The notes under the pieces are model-generated. The model was not told the DNA's origin and ran no database searches. It saw nothing but the letters and a program-made list of their open reading frames with translations. A stretch of DNA of 59,845 nt, filler included, from Sphacelaria rigidula (lineage: Eukaryota), in the NCBI GenBank assembly GCA_964200075.2. It is 5 parts of 5 records of this genome, joined end to end, with 100 filler letters (N's around TTAATTAATTAA, not from the genome) between each part and the next. Parts side by side here need not be neighbours in the genome. Positions count along the whole stretch, not along the records: positions 1 to 11,890 come from CAXNAA020004370.1; positions 11,991 to 23,880 come from CAXNAA020004371.1; 3 more parts are not named here. One strand, 5' to 3'. The translations under genes and the position numbers were made by a program. Position 1 is the stretch's first letter. Every line of letters begins with the position of its first letter. Below are positions 1-12,061 of the stretch, in pieces.

Positions 1-301
1 TGGAGCTAAAGAAACACCAACGATGGCAATAAAAGAATCGAAAATCAAATCGGACTCCGTTAAGGGCTCGTGTAAACATAACAGACTTTACTTATGGGAC
101 AGAGGAAGTATCCAAACAAGTCCACGAATGAACGGAACGTGCGTATCGTGTCATGAACTCTGTGTTCTCTCTTCTTTTTTTTTCAGCACCGAGCACACGC
201 GTAGGTATTTCTTCTCCGGTTCGGTTCTCTTGTTTTGACATATAATATATCCATACAATTACCCCCTCCCCTCCCCTTGCATTCACTACTTCATGTGACA
301 G

Positions 302-3300
302 ATATAACTTTCGAACCCAAACTGTGGAGAATCCACCTCCGTTTACGCCCTCCAGCATCTACTCTTTCCAGCTCATGCTCTCCAAGTTCGAGCTGGACGG
401 GAAACTCAACCCCAATTTCTCCGCGGGCCCCTTCGAGCTCGCCATCTCCTCCATCAAGGTTTGATGAAACGACTAGTAGGTAACCCTTGAAATGGTGACG
501 ACCTTCACCGCGGACGAAGGGGTTCCGCTCGTTCGAATCGTTCCCGTACATTCTCTATGTTTACTCTCCATTTCGCGTGTGCCCTTCCTAACCTTCTCGT
601 CGCCTACCCCTTTTTGTCGTCTCGATCCGACCGACAAGAAAGGCTGTAATGACGCCTGCCAAAGATGAGGAAACGGCGCGGTTCGTGCACCTCAGCTCTG
701 CGGGAGTTACTAGGCCAGGCAGGCCCGACCTGGATGTCGAGGCAGAGCCCCCGGCGGTGAGAAAAAAAACAAGTCACGCATGTTAGCAGTAGAGTTCACC
801 GGCGTTGGGCCACAAATGTTCATGGTTGATATTACTTGATTTGAGTGTGAACAATGATAATCGGTATATGAGTGTGGCTGACAGTCCCGTGTGTCGCCCG
901 CGTGCGCAGAAGGCGTGTTCGATCAAATCGGCGCCTGTGGCACCGATTTGGGGTCTACCAAGGCCCGACTTCACCTAGGGAATGTATATACCGTCCTTGT
1001 CCGAGGGCTCTCGGTATGCGTTGGGTTGGAGTTAGGGTAAGGGGTAGCGGTACTTGTAAAATTGTGTCAATCATGGACATTTGTTGCCCAATGCCCATAA
1101 ACTAGCCTCTGTGTTATCCGCCGTTTGATGGTTTGGGAACACCCGTGAAGCTGACGTCGACGCCGTCAGCGAACACACGAACACGGGCCGAACCACCCGC
1201 GAGCGACGCTGCTGATAGTAATGTGTGTTGTGTGTTGTGTGTGTTGTCATCCCATCTTTTCGTGAACGCCAGTTTACACCTTTCGGTGTTGACGTGGGCG
1301 CATCAGCCGGGGTCACACAGGAGGAAGGCCAACACGGGAGCTCTTGATATTCTTGTTTTGTTGTAGTACTTCACCTTCCTTCTGGGGTGCTTGCCTTCTT
1401 TTTCATCGCGAGAGGGGTTCAGCAGCCCCTTTCCCTCGTCGACCGTGAAAGTCGAATTTTGTGCACCCGCGAGATAGCCGCTCTCCACCGTTGGGCATGG
1501 TGTGAGAAAAATCCCATATCGTGTGACTGCACCGAGATTTTGAACCCACGATCCAACCGTGACAAGGCTTCGAGGTTACTAACTGAGCCACCGGGGCGAC
1601 GGAACAATCTTAGCAGGATGTAGCTCACCATTAATGCGACTCGCCGAACACATCAAGACTCCTCGCGCTTGGTGATTGATTGCGAGCCTGGTCCGCCGAA
1701 AACCTGGCGTGCTCCGTCCCGGTTTTCTAGGGATGCGATGTCAATGGTCCTATGATTGCGGCATGCAAAAATCATGAGTATTCCCCCCCCCCCCTCCCCC
1801 CTCTTTTCTTCCAGGTGCGCATGAATGATATGTTATCGTATCTGCTGACGTATAAGTTGAAGGGTGAGGACGTCATCCGCAACAGTGACATCGTGTCCAC
1901 AATCATTCGACCGGTTGCGCTCACAGAAGAACCGGCTGGGGCTCCGATGATAGTCGCTCAGGGAGACGTCATCAAGGGAAAAATTAGCAGGTGAACGCAT
2001 CAGGGGCCTGGTGAGGCGAGAGGGGGATGGGCGAAGTAACGATGCACCAGTAGGGTTCACCACTCCGTAGGTACTTGATTTTAGTGTAGATAAGATACAA
2101 AAGATCCGGATCTTCAATGGGGGTGCTGTGCTTCCAGCGTGCACAGAACGCGCTTTTGTCTAAATCGGCGCCTCGGTATGCCTTCGTTAGGGTTAGTGTT
2201 GGTGTTCTTCTTCTTCTTCTTCTTTTTCTTCTTCTTCTTCTTCCCGCACATTGGTCCGATCTCTTGAACCCTTAGGCCTTGTTTTCAGTGCTGAACCCCA
2301 GGTATGCGCACTCTAGGTACGGGCAATAATGCAGAATTCGCCCGGAGACGTACATGACCCGCGGACAACTCGTTTTCGTCTCTCTCGAGCAATCAGGCAT
2401 CAGAAATCGAAGGTTTGGTCATTTGAATCAGCGATGATTCGCCCGATCCTTGAAGATTTAGCACACTTAGCTACTCGTGGTAGTCGTCATCAGGGAGGGT
2501 GTTTCATTTCGAAGGCGACGTGTGTCCAGTAGCTATCGTGAAGATACTTTGCCTAGCTGGGGGTGCAGGTAATCCAGATCGAAAATAGCACACTTTGCAC
2601 CATAGATTACACTGTCGAGAAACGTGCTGCGCACAGTATCGACTGTTGCGTCCATTGCAACAGACAGTAGATTCCATTCTGTGCGCAGCACACGTTTTGA
2701 CAAGGTAATGTATTGCCACTTTCCAGGATGTGGAATACTCTGAAGGGAAATCGTCGATGAGGTTGAAGCGTAACGCCCGTGTGTGTTTTGTAGCGTACGA
2801 CTCCGATCTTGTTTCTACTACACCAGTGAAAGTGCAACGTTTAAGCCTGTATATATTTAGTGTGCATATAGCTGACATAACATGACGACAAAGTGCCGTT
2901 TTTCAGATGTGCAATTAATGGAAAAAAATCCGTAGATTTCGTCATCTTCAACCGAAGAGAGCTATGCTTCGAAAAAGGGCGCGCGCGCGGGGGGGGTATT
3001 CTGGACCATTTTATTTCACGAAATTCCACTTCAACTCGTCGTTGAAAGCAACAAAAGCTGTTCGAACGCGCTTTTTACCGATAAATGACGCTCGTTCATA
3101 CTGCCTGACACCGTTTGTACACAGACACAAGCGCACCGCGAATGTGTTTATCGTTTGACACACACACATCAGCCCTTTTTTCGTTGAATCAAACAACACC
3201 ATTGTGAGGCAGTCATGAGGCAGTGTTTAACCCATGGCTGTCTCTGGAAGTAGCCATACCAGACCATGAAGCAACGCATGAGAGGCTGTCACCCATACGT

Positions 3301-6300
3301 GAAATAGCTAGCACGCCTCGGGCGAATACTCTCAGCAGGATGCAGTTCAACCTTCATGCGATTCGCCGAGCACACCACGGTGCTTCGCACTTGGTGCTTG
3401 ATGGCGGAGCCTGGTCCAGCGAAAACCGGGAGTGCTCCGTCCCGACTTTCTAAATGCCGTGCGAAAGTCATCCTCGCAACCCGTTACGCTACACAGTTGC
3501 CTTGCGAAGCTAACCCATGATGTACTTCGATGAAAATCAGAAATACACGAAACACCTGTTCCGTATTTATTAATTTGTACCGAGTCACGTGGCACCAAGT
3601 TACCTTGGAGCGGCAGATATTTCTCGCCATGATCCAGGGTGTTTCAAAATTGAGACCGGAGTGCTTGCTTTCTATGACTGCCATTTTGGTGTCCGAGGAT
3701 GTGGTGCTGAGGAACTCTCCGACTCACCACGGCCACCCAGGCGGGGTCTGACATTCGCCCACCCTCTTCACTTGCATCAAGCGTGACCTCGCAGTGACCT
3801 GGTGCCATGTGCGAAGATGTATTTACTTATCCTCGACCCGAATAACGAGCGACACATCCATTTCCACTCTAGTGTGTTACGTAAAAGACGCATCCGATCC
3901 CCGTCGAAGCACGACCGACAACCCCACGAGTTGTACTGGCCTCTGTACTAGCCATAAGTGAAGATCATGTTGGGCACTCGTGTTCTGCCTATCTCGGATC
4001 GCAGTGAATCACTTTTGAAATGAGCCAGGTTGATCGCCATTTTTGCGTCCCCCCCTCGGAATGCAGGGCGTGAACGAAGGTGGCAAAAAATCATTTGATG
4101 CGTTAGACAGTAGGGAGAAGACGATGGCTATACTAGGAGATAAATGGTGGCCACAGACGGCGAAACAGGACGGGGATAATATACGTGGAAGGTTTTTTGT
4201 GTAGGATGTGGAAGGAACGTAATTAGCGCCGGAACGTTGGAGGTGACTCTATTAGGAGTAGGAACGGTGCTCCGTTTCGATAGGGGTGCGTGGTCAATGG
4301 TCAAACGACTAAGGCAAGCAACGAATGAGTACGCCCCCCCCTTCCCCTCCTTCCCTTCTTTTTCAATCTAGTCTGTCTGTTGCACCTTTCTGTTCTTTTC
4401 TTCACTTTTCTTCAGCGAATATTTCCCGTTTTGTTTCATCTCGGGTATGTCTTTCATGTGTATAATGACCACGGCTGGGTCCGTGAGGGATCGGTGAAAT
4501 TGCGATAAGCAATCCATCAGCCAATCAGGCCAACTCTAATGCGAGCCGTTCCGAAATCCAGTTGAAAACTGCCTTTTGAGCCCTTTTCCGCCATTTTTCG
4601 CCCGAAGATTGAGTTAGGCGGATGTTGACGCCTTGGAACGACTTGCTGTACCCGTTGAGACTTTTCCAGGGCAACTTTGTCTTTTCTGCTAGCCGCAGTT
4701 TTGTTTTTGGCCAAACTTGCATTTTCAATGAACAACCGGTCAGGTGATGAGAGTCCTGCCAGCTTTCCTCCTGTTTTTATATCACTTGGCCGTTTTTTAT
4801 TGAAAATGCAGTTTTGGTCAAAACTTCAACTGCGGTCAGCGGGAAATGCAAAGTTGCCCTGGAACGGTCTCAACGAGTACAGGAAATCATTCCACGGTGT
4901 CAACATTCGCCTAGCCCCATTCTCGGGCGTGAAGCGACGGAGAAGGGCCCAAAAGGCAGTTAACAGGATGTTTGAATGGGTCTCATTTAGAGTTGGTCTC
5001 AAAATGCCTGTTTTCAATATCGTGTGGCAAGTCGTCGCTTTTGCTATTCGTCGGGTGACAAAGTGCCGGTGTGTTGCTCAACGCACCCAGTACATCTTGA
5101 TATCTGCCGACGCCTTGCGCCATAGGCGCAGAGATAGGAGCAGACCCTTGTTACACCATGTACCGACCCACCGGTCTAGAGGCCGTGTCCAATAGTAGGG
5201 GTGGCGGTGGACCGGGGCCGTACCTCCGAAAAAAACGAATGTGCGCGAGTCATTTTTAGAAATAAGGACGAAATAGCCAAACGTTGTCGGAAAAGAAAGA
5301 AGGATGACGTATTTCGTGCGAACGCAAGCTTATCTGAAGGAACTGGAACATCATCAGGGTGGTATGTTGAGCGAGAGCCCAGCATGATATCGTTCGAGGT
5401 TCTGCCGAAAAAACACGCCACATCGTACGGAAAACAAAAAAAAGAACATGAAAAGAAGGGAAAATAATGTCGGAAATCACAACCCGATGGAAAGCAAGCC
5501 TCACCCCTGTGATTTTGAGTCCCGTGTGTTATAGAGAATGGCGTGTAAAGGATGATGCATTTTTTTCGGGCAAGAAATTTGGCCGCTACTTGCTTGCTTA
5601 GGCTGTGACTCAGAGTTATTATCCCTACCCAACGTGTACTGCAACCCGTGTTTGCTAAAACTACTGTTGGAGCTGCAGATGAAAGCCGGTAAAAAGTGAC
5701 AATTTCCGAGTTTTTTTGCCTCCATTTCTCTACTCCAACCGACGTTTTCGTGAGGTTGAGAGTGGAGCGCTGATTGAAAGTGGCTTCGATCATGCGCTTT
5801 AACTCAGCCAATTTTTCATTCCGTGTGTGTTTTTCTCTGCCTCCATCACTGGCGTGTGTTACAGCTATACGTCGACATCCTATGCAGGGATGTCAAGGCC
5901 TCCGTGGCAAGCTGCCACAGAAAGCATATCTGGTCTCGTGGAGGGGCATTTCGGAACTGAAACGATTCATTCACTAATTGACCGCTTTTCACTCTCAATC
6001 GTATCCTCTACTCTCAATCTCACGGAAACATTGTTTCCGGTCCAACACTTTCTATTGGCCAATACCCATGGTGGGCAAGTGGCGTCTCTCAGCCTTGTGC
6101 GGCGCACGCAGGAGTGGCATCACGCCTTTTGTACGCGAAAAGCTAATAGAGCTTGTGAAGAAGAGTAACGCTCGAATGTTCTCTCCAGAGCATTTTAGCA
6201 GTGGGAGTCATACATGTAAACAACACGCACAAGCAGATATTGTGTGGGATCACCTCGCGAACTTTTGACACGTCTCTCAAGGCCCATGACACTGATGTAC

Positions 6301-9036
6301 CGTCATCATCCATGTCACAGTAGTGCCTACTTGACTCACTGGGGGTACTGCAGCCTACAGGCAGGGGTATGCTTGACGAGGGTACGCATTGTTGAATAAG
6401 TTGGCTCTGTTTGTACTCCCCGGAAAATTGATGGTAACATCCTTGACAAATATCGACACCTAAAATGTAAGCGTGTTTCACAGAGGACCACGATAACCCT
6501 TCACAACTTTCCTCCAACAGCTGCAGGGAGAACTCTAGGATTCGAGCACATGGCGCTCGATGTCATGATGGGCTTGCATTTCTGTTTACTGTGGGTACGT
6601 CTGTCATGTCACCGCGGCTGGGTCTGCAGACAATCAAAGTGCGACGGTCAATCAATCGATGAAAAGGATCGAGTCGGCAGTGAGTCTGAGTTGTGCTTCA
6701 GATGTCGTCATCGCCGTGTGATTGACGGGAGATTTTCCTTCTCGTATGTGTGTGCTGGAAGTGGTGTGTGGTTGGCAGCGTTTATTCATTACACTCCGCG
6801 AAGTGTGATGATGGTCGTCTGCCATTCGTGCGCAATGCGTCGTCTTTGTACGGCGATGTTTTCAGGGACGATATCGCGGAGTTGGCGGTGGGTTCGCTAT
6901 TGACCCCAAAGGCGGCCGGGCTGACGTTCGAAGTCAAGTCGGACTTGGCATTCAGTACCATCTGGGAAGCTCAGAGTGGAGCGCCACCGCGAGACTATGG
7001 GTGAGAATGAGCAAACGTTTTAACAGCACCGTTGGTCTGTACGAACCCTCCCCCCCCCGCAAGCTTCATGGGGCATGCGGTGACTAGTCATACCTGTGTA
7101 GTCGGTGTAGAATATAAGCGAAACCGTGCTTGACGAGAGGCGCGGAGCGACCGTTGATGGCCTGAACTGCCGTACAAGAAGGCAATAGAGGTTCACTGCA
7201 CACCCTGTATGACAGATTGTGTGGGCTGTGTTGTTATCCCATCTATTCTACACTCCAGTCTACACCTTCCGGTATATGTGGGCGGTTCAGCCGGGGGTCA
7301 CACAGGAGGAAGGCGAACACATGAGGTTTTCTTTTTTAGTTTTCCACCTTCCTTCTGAGGTGCTCGCCTTATTCTTTGTCGCGAGGGGGGTCAAGCGGTC
7401 CCTTTCCCTCCTCGACCGTGAAGTCGACTCTCGAGTGCCAACGACGTAGCTTCTCTCTACTGCTGGGCGTGGTGTGAGAAAAATCCCGGATCGCGTGACA
7501 GCGCCGAGATTCCAACCCCAACTGTCAATAGGCTTCAAGGTTACTAACTACGCCACCGGGGCAACCGGTGTTGCATCGGCAAAAAGTGTACTGCATACAA
7601 AATCGAATGTGTTGTCTGCAATATACAAATCGCGAGGGATTCGATACTGTACGCAGTGCACTTCTTGTCAGCGTAATTCATTGTTTAGCGTGTGGCCCAC
7701 TAATGGCTGTCCCTTTGAAGGTCAGGAGTGTCGTGGACGACCACAGTCGTGGCGGAAGCCCAAGATGTTGATTTTGGATATTGATTTCCGTTATTGCTTG
7801 CGTTATGCCTGAAGATCCTCGGACAAATGAGCTTTTCTTGGTCTGAACGTTAGACTGAACTTGAGACGTGAAACTGAGGGAGGGGAAATACAAGCGTCCG
7901 TTCAGGGGCAGTTTTATTAGTCTTACCTCTTGAGACGACGACCAAAATACGCAGAGGCACATCAAAGCTTTGTGCAAGCACTTTTAGTTGATTTTCTATT
8001 GCTCGTCCACATGTAAATAGTGAACCCGGTTCCCCAGATCCCATCTTGTTGTCACTGGTGTTTCTTACGAATCAAATGCCTATTTCAGAATTCGAGATTT
8101 ACACTGGGGTAAGGAGCAGTTAGCTCACTATTTAGTTATACATAGAAAAACAGGGAAGTGGAGAAAATGGAAACAATTGAGGATACATTTTTTTTTGTTT
8201 TACTTGCGCAAACGTCATGAAGCTACGGTAGTTGTTGAGCACCTTTCGAGCACATGCTCATGAGTCAGATAGCGTACGGTGTTTCTAGGTCAGCACCGTA
8301 TCGTGCAGACAGTACGACAGTGCAGCACTTTATCGGATAGTCTGTGGATGTACAGTAGTGACTGGAATACCGTGTTGAACATGAATATATGTATATCTGA
8401 CTTGTCGGCAATATGTCCATTTTATATATGCGATCGGATTCGTGAGAGATTCATCAACAGCTGCAGCCCGAAAACTCGGGGCAATCGTGCTTTGTGAAAG
8501 CTCAACGTTCTTCCTTTTGAGTCGTTTACAGTCCGTAGCGACTGGTTTTCCCGAGTCGCCTCCGTCCCGCTAGGCTACCCCGAGTTGGAGCTATCGGCTA
8601 TCAGGGCCGTGAAGATAAAAGTTAGGTTGTGGATGTAAAGTCAATGATGGAAACGTTCCGGTGAGCAGTAGTTATCCTTTCCTGTGACATTATTTTCCCG
8701 TGTGTTGAGACAGTGCATGTTCCCCCCCGATGAACCCTTTGGAAACCCATCGATGATTATTGTTTTTGTGAATCGGCATCATTTTGACTTGAGAATGACT
8801 GCAAATGATGCCGATTCACAAGAACAAAAATGGTCAAGGGGTTCAGCTTTGATTTTTTTCAATTTGGCTCGAGCGAAATACTGAGTCCAATTGGCGTGTT
8901 CGTCCGTCTCTGTGCTGTTTTCCATCACTCCAGGGAAATATTGGATCCTCTGACAGAAGGAATCACAGGAAAGGAGTGGATGGGCAACCGATCGCCGGAA
9001 GAGGCACAGGGAGTACCAGCCACGCAGCAAGCGTGA
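302..9036 (+). CDS. CIA30-domain / NAD(P)-binding Rossmann-fold protein (UOS1/At4g18810-like), 3' part only; exons 302-458, 643-756, 1815-1990, 6866-7000, 8934-9036
   Basis: Five GT-AG-bounded exons join in frame: FRTQTVENPPPFTPSSIYSFQLMLSKFELDGKLNPNFSAGPFELAISSIK | AVMTPAKDEETARFVHLSSAGVTRPGRPDLDVEAEPPA | VRMNDMLSYLLTYKLKGEDVIRNSDIVSTIIRPVALTEEPAG...KGKISR | DDIAELAVGSLL...TFEVKS...RDYG | EILDPLTEGITGKEW...QQA*. The motifs QLMLSKFE.DGKLNP, FVH.SSAGVTRP, YKLKGE, IIRP.ALTE and ISR.D.A are typical of the plant/cyanobacterial CIA30+NAD_binding_10 family. The 5' exons lie outside the contig. Confidence 0.88.
1222..1600 (-). mobile_element. tRNA-derived SINE, near full length
   Basis: Minus strand begins GTCGCCCCGGTGGCTCAGTTAGTAACC (A-box-like) and later has GGGTTCAAAATC (B-box-like). 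It ends in a CA-rich simple repeat. The core CAGCCGGGGTCACACAGGAGGAAGG recurs at ~7287 and ~11356. Confidence 0.7.
1610..1800 (+). repeat. Interspersed retroelement 3' end (type B) terminating in poly(C)
   Basis: GTGCTCCGTCCCGG...AGGGATGCG..GTCAATGGTCCTATGA..GGCATGCA...ATCATGAGTA followed by a C-run. Homologous copies at 3320-3450, 33277-33309, 35034-35225, 35798-35869, 48010-48085 and 59085-59154. Confidence 0.65.
2205..2243. repeat. (TTC)n microsatellite
   Basis: Directly visible, nearly perfect TTC run. Confidence 0.9.
4061..4341 (+). mobile_element. 5'-truncated LINE-like 3' end (type A) terminating in poly(C)
   Basis: Coding remnant MQGVNEGGKKSFDALDSREKTMAILGDKWWPQTAKQDGD, then GGTCAATGGTCAAACGACTAAGGCAAGCAACGAATGAGTACGCCCCCCCC. 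Reverse copies at 31418-31636, 59546-59620 and 59782-59845. Confidence 0.6.
4528..4998. mobile_element. PIF/Harbinger-like MITE with long imperfect TIRs and TCA target-site duplication
   Basis: TCA|GGCCAACTCTAA...TTAGAGTTGGTC|TCA. The ~200-bp arms are inverted copies of each other. Internal sequence is shared with 47251-47857, 51945-52207 and 57311-58426. Confidence 0.75.
5176..6530 (-). pseudogene. Possible highly decayed hAT-like transposase relic
   Basis: ORF 5176-5811 contains STLNLTK...KNSEIVTFYRLSS...GCSTRWVG, loosely resembling the hAT H.LNL...IV.FF..S...TRW pattern. No clear termini found. Confidence 0.25.
7219..7565 (-). mobile_element. tRNA-derived SINE copy
   Basis: Colinear with 1222-1600 over its whole length (GTGTGAGAAAAATCCC, GGTTACTAACT..GCCACCGGGGC). 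Confidence 0.7.
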
Positions 9037-11285
9037 CGATGTAGCTGCGCACTTCGACCAAGACGGGAAATAGCGTTGCGAGCCGATTGCACCTTCAGAG
9101 CGTTGCATGCCAAGAGCAGTACCACTGGTAGTGTACTTGGAAGACGCGAGGTGCTACAGTACCGAGGCAGCGAACTTGAAGCAAGTCTGTTCCGGTCGAA
9201 TGCGCGTTCGGTATCGTTACCATCGATCGGCCGTGAGATGAAGGAGATTATCATTTTCGTCCCGAATAGTGACTGAATCGTCATCACTCTAACGCAATGT
9301 TTTCGCTGCATTGTAACGGCGGTTGAGATGTATCCGCGAGAGTGCCCTCCGTGCAACTGAGCTGTTGCCGATGGGCATGCCCATTTTCACTGCGTTCTTG
9401 GGATACCTTCAAGAACGCCTAGTTGCAGTGCTCATTTTTTTGAAGGGGGTGTGGACACATGTTCTACAACTGGTCATTTCGGCGTCGACGTCGTTAGCGC
9501 ATCTCCGCTGCAAGAGTTTGGGGATGGCATCAACCAGTACGCAGGTTATAGTAAACTCTTGCTGCTTATGTATGCGGCACTGGAACTAGGATCCCAATCT
9601 CTGCTTCGTAGTGTTTGCGTCTGTTCTTGACTTGTTTCGCATGTACACTACCTCTCAAGGGGGGAGCTTCCCTCCTTTGATTCTGGAGCATAGCTCACAG
9701 ATCAAGACTCTAATTCGCTCATCTAAGTGAACAGTGAAAATACACCAAGCTGTAGGACGGGATACAGTGTTTTGAAATTATTAGCTACCCAACCTCGATT
9801 ATGAGATTGGCAGTCACGTTGGTAACCAAACATCCTTTCCGTGAACAACGCGGATTTTTTTCAAGGGCAGAGCTAACGTGGCAGTGCGAGCCTGAAGCAA
9901 GCGATCAACAACGGGTCTGACCAATGAAAGTCAAGACGTTGACGGAGTAGAAAATATCGAGTGTTGAATGAGTCGCATCATGGTCCTTGCAAGAATTGAG
10001 ACAGTATATGTACCAGGTTCCCGTACGGTGTGTACGGTGTGGTTCATATACTACCCGCAGTTGTCGCCCGTCCCACCCTTGACGTTTTTTGTTTCCGTTG
10101 TGTCACACTCCAAACCCCTCCCTTTTTCTCGGGATGAGTAGTGTCTCAAGGATCAACCCATCTCCTTCGGGCACACGCCTTGCATTGTCATCTCGCGGAT
10201 TGGATCATGGCCATTAGCACTCCGGCATCGCGCCAACTCTCGTCAAACAAACCCAGTCAACTTTTTTTTGTCTACTCACATGTTCACGCTTCCAATGATG
10301 AGAACTGAATACTTCAAAAGAAAATCCAACGCATTCTGGCGGCAATCAATCCGCCGTCATCTCCACCCTAATAATGGTGTCAGTCGGACGGACCATTAGG
10401 CCGGATGTTATGGCGAACAGACTTTTGGCCCACGGATTGTTCACCTTTGGTACATTTGAGCCACTTTTTGACCCCCAAACAGGGAGAATCGCCAACACAC
10501 AACTTGGACACTTTGCATCACCCCACAGAGAGGAGCCCAGTCTGCTTTTCAGAATTGCTTGACTCCGAGGTTTCGAGTTGGCCGCTGAACAAAAACTCGT
10601 GCGCAAAAATCTGTGCTTGTCGGCAAGGCATAATCCCAGTAGCCACCCGTGTGATTTCAGTGTATTCAATAACTACTTGGTCCAAGTATGATAACCAAAC
10701 ACTTGCTGAGTGATGAAGTGAGTTTATCCTCAAGAGATCATCCTCAAAACACAGGGCCCAAGTCAGAGCTAGTTGGTGTTATCGGGCGAAAGGAGTAAAT
10801 ACCCCGTTCATCAGGAGGGTGTTTTTGACCGTGAAAGACAGTTTTCCGGCTGTGGTGCGATAAGTAGGCAGAATTTCAGAAAACCAAAACTGTATATTTT
10901 CGTAGAAATATGATTGAGACAGGCTCGACCGACCGGAAATACCGAAGAGGAGGGATCTAGGCCGAAACTTCGGAGGACCCCCGATGACCGGTCAGCTCGT
11001 AAGTCACTCAATATTGAGTGCAGATGTTTTTTTTTCTTGAAATGTGGAGGGGATACAAATGTCTTCAGATTTCCGATGTGATGAGCTGTGGCAAGCGAAA
11101 AGAGCCCAAGAAAGGTGCCAATTACGAAAATATCACACATCGCCTCAAAATGAATAGTTTGACCGCCCACTACTGTACGGGGATGATATCAATAGTATCC
11201 ATTATTACACTATAATATACTCCATACCCTAACCGCAAAGAGTGGATCCTGAGAGTATGAGGTTGAGCACTAACATGGGGTTTAA

Positions 11286-11400
11286 GTGTGTGTCTGTGTT
11301 GTCGCCCCACCCATTCTGCACGCCGGTCTACACCTTTTGGTATAAGTGGGCGAACCAGCCGGGGTCACACAGGAGGAAGGTCAACACAGGAGCTTTTTCA
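11286..11400 (-). mobile_element. Truncated SINE copy (3' part)
   Basis: GTCTACACCTTTTGG...CCAGCCGGGGTCACACAGGAGGAAGGTCAACACAGGAGC matches the 1222 and 7219 copies. Confidence 0.65.
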
Positions 11401-11890
11401 AGTGGCATTCCAAAAGGTCAGACTTTGTGCGAAACAGTTTTGCCAAAGCGCACCACTAGCACGAAAAACGTTTATGTTGCAGCTGAGCAGGTGTGGCTAT
11501 AGGTGCACCCAATGAATGCGGTATACACGCGTGATCGATGACGATTACATCGGGGAAGCAATGACGGGGAAGAAGCTCCTCGCCCGTGTTCTTGTGTTCC
11601 CTTGTTCGGCGATTCCCATTTGCCGGCGAGATCATGGTGTCAGGTTACCAGCATATTATTATACCCATTTTTCAATTTTACATGTGCCGGCAGGCGGTGT
11701 ATTGCTGTACATCCCTCCAACGAAGATCTGGGTGCCCAGGGTTGACCGATATCGTCGTCTAAAACCCGATTTTAAATTTTGGGGTTCAACACTAAAATGG
11801 GGCTGAAGTCGCATTTCTCTATTGCAGGGAAGATACAAAAGAGTAACACAGAGCGAAAGTATTTCACCCCCCAAACTCCGCAGGAGGACT

Positions 11891-11990
11891 NNNNNNNNNN
11901 NNNNNNNNNNNNNNNNNNNNNNNNNNNNNNNNNNTTAATTAATTAANNNNNNNNNNNNNNNNNNNNNNNNNNNNNNNNNNNNNNNNNNNN
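11891..11990. other. Artificial 100-bp contig spacer (N44-TTAATTAATTAA-N44)
   Basis: N run with a central six-frame stop linker; the same spacer recurs about every 11,990 bp. Confidence 0.97.
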
Positions 11991-12061
11991 AGGCGCTGTA
12001 TGGCCATTTTTTTCGTGGCACTTTTAGCTGGTTTTTGGGGGGGGGCTATCGTAGAAAGTGT

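Noticed and set aside
1530-1600. Functional tRNA gene
   Set aside because: No complete cloverleaf; it is the head of a repeated SINE.
9080-11280. Short ORFs downstream of the CIA30 gene
   Set aside because: No recognisable domains or consistent exon chain; probably UTR, intergenic DNA or old repeats.
11935-11946. TTAATTAATTAA as a periodic biological motif or piggyBac site
   Set aside because: Always centred in a 100-bp N spacer; it is a synthetic six-frame stop linker.
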